Shown in pieces: positions 60,816 to 64,000 of a stretch of DNA of 64,000 bases. Source of the DNA: Candidatus Poribacteria bacterium (GTDB lineage: Bacteria; Poribacteria; WGA-4E; PCPOR2b); the NCBI GenBank assembly GCA_965215015.1, contig OZ244042.1:1024001-1088000 (forward strand), in the 5' to 3' direction. Position 1 is the stretch's first letter; each line of letters begins with the position of its first letter. A program made the position numbers and the translations under genes. The notes below the pieces were generated by a model that was not told the DNA's origin, made no database searches, and worked only from the letters and a program-made list of their open reading frames with translations.

Positions 60816-61010
60816 GGCTATTCCTCTCTTGTACCGTATTGAAATTTGGAAGCCGCTCGCTGCAACCCTCAAAGCTAACCGAGCGGTATCTTACCACGTT
60901 TGGAATCGCAACTCAACAAAATTTGTGCGTGCAGATGAGGATTCTCAACCGGTATCAAATCGCTTGTGATACGGGTATCAAGCGAAAAGTCCATCCATTT
61001 GCTTTTGGGC

Positions 61011-61039
61011 TTGACGGTGTGAATCTACCGTGCTAAACT
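61011..61039 (+). promoter_or_regulatory. Sigma70-type promoter
   Basis: TTGACG-17 nt-TAAACT with extended -10 TG. Confidence 0.6.
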
Positions 61040-61064
61040 CGACAATAACGCGAAAACTTATACT

Positions 61065-61180
61065 GTAGTTGCCTGACTTATCAGGCACCCTAGTTGCCAA
61101 ATTTATCGGGCGTTGAGGGGGCATATTCTCCGGCGATGAATTGCCGAACCACCGATTAGCGATAAATCGCTGAACTACAG
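61065..61180. repeat. Composite GTAG...CTAC REP-like palindrome
   Basis: CTGTAGTTGCCTGACTTATCAGGCA ... AGCGATAAATCGCTGAACTACAG. Confidence 0.6.
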
Positions 61181-61201
61181 TGCTTTGAGGAGGACAGCGT
61201 T

Positions 61202-62005
61202 ATGGATAACCTTGAATTGCAGCAGTATTTGTTTGATTTACAAGGCTACTTGGTGATTGAAAATGTCTTGGATCCAGAAGAGCTTGCAATACTCAACCAG
61301 TTGATTGACCAACAAGAACTGCCCACACCGGGAAAGGTTCAAAGATTTGGCAGTGCGCCAGATGGATCAGGATTTCTCGACTGGGGACAACCGTTCTGTG
61401 AGCTACTGACCCATCAAGCGGTTATGCCGATCCTTCGGTTTAGACTGGGCGACTGCTTCCGTCTCGATCGGATTTATGGGATGTATATGCGTGAGGGAAT
61501 GCCAAGAGGGCGGTTGCATGCTGATTACGGTGCTACCTCTCCAACCTCTGGTTCTCGACCGGGAGAATACTTTCCTTTCCGCGATAACCAAGTCCCTAAC
61601 GGATTTGTCGTGGTAACATGGGTACTATCCGATACAGGGCCCGATCACGGTGGGTTTTGCTGTACCCCCGGCAGCCACAAAAGCAACTTTAAGTTACCGC
61701 CACAGATAGATCAGGCACCTGAAGAGGCACCGTGCGTGATTATCCCCAACGCACCAGCCGGTTCGGTGATCCTATTCACCGAAGCACTGACGCACGGAAC
61801 AGCAGCGTGGCGTGGTAAACACGAGAGACGGTCCCTGCTGTATAAATATTGTGTGTCACACATGGTGTGGCTCTCCCGCCGCGTACAACCACCGGCGAAT
61901 GTGGAACTAACCCCCCGTCAGGAGATTCTCTTTGGTGAGCCCGGAGATCCGCATCGCCACTTCCCATCGCTATTTGAAGGGTTTGAAAGCGAGCAGGTTG
62001 TATGA
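61202..62005 (+). CDS. PhyH family dioxygenase
   Basis: LHAD, GGFCCTPGSHK and EALTHGT. Confidence 0.9.
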   Translation: MDNLELQQYLFDLQGYLVIENVLDPEELAILNQLIDQQELPTPGKVQRFGSAPDGSGFLDWGQPFCELLTHQAVMPILRFRLGDCFRLDRIYGMYMREGMPRGRLHADYGATSPTSGSRPGEYFPFRDNQVPNGFVVVTWVLSDTGPDHGGFCCTPGSHKSNFKLPPQIDQAPEEAPCVIIPNAPAGSVILFTEALTHGTAAWRGKHERRSLLYKYCVSHMVWLSRRVQPPANVELTPRQEILFGEPGDPHRHFPSLFEGFESEQVV

Positions 62006-62871
62006 GTAAATCATTGGAATCCACCCTACATAACTTGGTAAGACGAGACCTGGACGCTTCGGACCTCAGTTATTGTGGGATAACTAAAAAACGAGGTTGG
62101 CGCATAGCTTCCCTCCCGATGGAAACTACTTTTTTGATACGGAAATACCAGAGAGCAGATATATCTGGCGGTGGGTATCCTACCAAGCCCCTGATTTAGT
62201 GTACGTCCGCGCCGCAGTTGATAAAACGTATGGGGACGCCGCCTTTGAGCGAGATCTACCAATCACCAAGTATCTGCCAGAGGAAAAGGGCCAAGTCCTG
62301 TACCTCAAACATCTCAACTATAGCCAAGGGGGAGGATCGGAGCTTCCCCGGTCCATTCGAGGTTGATCTCGGGGCAATTCAGGTCGAAACCATCGAAAGC
62401 GGTGAGAATGCACGCCCGCATATTCCAACCTGTGGGTATCTAGTAACACACAAAGAGAAGAGTATCTCAGTCCTTCACACCGGGGACCTACATGCGCCGT
62501 ATTCTGCGTTAGAGAATATACAGGGACGAGTGGACTTTCTCATCCACATGAAGCTGGGATTGACAGAATGGGGTGGGAACCACACGCTAAACCTTGTAAA
62601 TCTTGTAGATTTGGTACAACCACGTTTTCTAATCCCGACACATTACAGAACCGATAGCGTCTCCGATCCGATTCCCCATGATACCTGGCCCCCCAACATT
62701 ACTGATGTCTTGGGTTTCATCGAGTGGATCCGTGAAACCGTAGGTAACAGAACCAAGCTGCTGCCCTTTATTGCTGGCATTGAGTACGAATTGGAAATGC
62801 CGGCAAAGAAAGTGCTGTGGAAATGGAATTGGTTCAATACATGGACGATACTACCCTGGCGCGAAGGGTAG
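62002..62871 (+). pseudogene. Fragmented/chimeric relic ending in a metallo-beta-lactamase-fold C-terminus
   Basis: Three successive frames; the last has GYLVTH..VLHTGDLH...LIPTHY but no HxHxDH N-terminal half. Confidence 0.6.
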
Positions 62872-62922
62872 CGATAAGCCAACGATTAAAACCGATTCGC
62901 AACTAAGGAGATAAACCAACCG

Positions 62923-63405
62923 ATGCAACAATTGAACAAAGCCATTGCTTGGGCTATTGTGTTGTTCCTTCACTCGCAATTACTCGTTCAGGTATTTGCC
63001 GCTGAACCGGAACGAATTGCCTTGGTAGAGCTCAAGCACCTATTAGATGCCAAAGAGAATGTAATTCTAGTTGATGTGCGCGCCCCGATTCATTATAACT
63101 TCGGGCATATCCCCGGTGCTATCTCAATGCCATTTTCGGAGGGGATTGAAGCGAGACACCAAACACTTCCTCCCGATGGGCTAATTGTTTTATACTGAAG
63201 CTGACGGGCGGAAGCAACAAGTGCCCGTGCGGCACAAATGTTAATAGAGGAGTTTGGTTTTCCCCCGGAACGGGTAAGAGTGCTTCAAGGGGGTCTTCCC
63301 GCATGGCGGGAGGCTGGCTATCCAGTTGAAATTACAGCGGCAGTCCAACCGAAAGGAAAACGCTTCGGTCTGTGGGGCCGGATTAAATCGATAGGTCGAA
63401 GGTAG
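62923..63405 (+). CDS. Secreted rhodanese-domain protein, putative double selenoprotein (U-S-U)
   Basis: AAGGAG RBS, signal peptide, LVDVR, GHIPGA, IVLY-TGA-S-TGA-RAEATSARAA...LQGGLPAWREAGYPV, C-terminal WGRIK, TAG at 63403. Confidence 0.8.
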
Positions 63406-63451
63406 CACTCAATTGACATATTAGGTGTACCTACTAACTCAATGCGTCCCA

Positions 63452-64000
63452 TCAGATAAAAATCTTATAGGTCTGAATACCGAAGGTCATCCCGATGATT
63501 GTCCAGAGGCTGCCAATCACATAGTCACCGAGAATCAGTCCTAAAAACAGGGGAGCCACCTGCCGATGCACCCGGAGTCCACCGTACCGGAGAATAACAG
63601 GCTTAATCACCCAAGTCACAAGGGACACAGACCAAAAATAATCCATTGCATAGCTCGTGGCTAGTGCGTACCCAGCAGGATGGAAGGGCCACCACAAGAA
63701 ACGCATTCGCATGAACATGATAAAGAAACTCACCGCAGCACCACCTATCGCGTAAGAAGTCCCAGCGGTGTCCGCATCCAATGGGTTGAGCAACCAACCT
63801 CGCAGCAGTCCAAAGGATCGCCACCCCATCCAATATTGTGCGCCCCTTGCCTGAGTGACGACGCCGTCTCGAAAAGTCATATCCAAGTTTGCCCAAAAAC
63901 TGGCTAAAATTCCCACAACAGCGGCAATCAGCATAGCCCCTAAGACACCGCGATAGCCTATTCCGGGCGCGTTTGCCATTTTGAACGCTTCAATCTGATT
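63452..64000 (-). CDS. DUF6784/DUF6785-type polytopic membrane protein (3' part)
   Basis: FLWWPFHPAGY...ILRYGG...PLFLGLILGDY; runs off the window edge. Confidence 0.75.
   Translation of the reverse strand, partial: NQIEAFKMANAPGIGYRGVLGAMLIAAVVGILASFWANLDMTFRDGVVTQARGAQYWMGWRSFGLLRGWLLNPLDADTAGTSYAIGGAAVSFFIMFMRMRFLWWPFHPAGYALATSYAMDYFWSVSLVTWVIKPVILRYGGLRVHRQVAPLFLGLILGDYVIGSLWTIIGMTFGIQTYKIFI

Overview
Bacterial chromosomal window. Gene content points to Candidatus Poribacteria or a relative (inference): several phytanoyl-CoA dioxygenase paralogues, secreted proteins ending in a WGRIK motif, a DUF6784-type membrane protein, Rpn relics and many REP-like palindromes. It opens with an F0F1 ATP synthase operon (atpE-F-H-A-G, then atpD-C) split by a 2.2-kb insert. 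The insert includes a tnpB 3'-end/omegaRNA-like relic behind a consensus promoter. The rest is housekeeping genes (valS, comF, an NtrC-type regulator, an amidase), many catabolic enzymes, an XamI-type restriction system with a dead endonuclease and intact methylase, and several pseudogenes. Two observations stand out. (1) A secreted rhodanese at 62923-63405 has two in-frame UGA codons exactly where the CxC active-site cysteines belong, suggesting a double-selenocysteine U-S-U protein. (2) Three decayed islands (about 10.1-12.8, 50.8-52.8 and 55.3-59.1 kb) each pair a Cre-like tyrosine recombinase relic with genes for membrane-anchored or small secreted proteins. Two of them share a homogenised 3' module plus terminator, and one is flanked by a 71-bp duplication of an aminotransferase 3' end. 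No rRNA, intact tRNA or CRISPR array was seen. All family assignments are from motif recognition by eye, not database searches.
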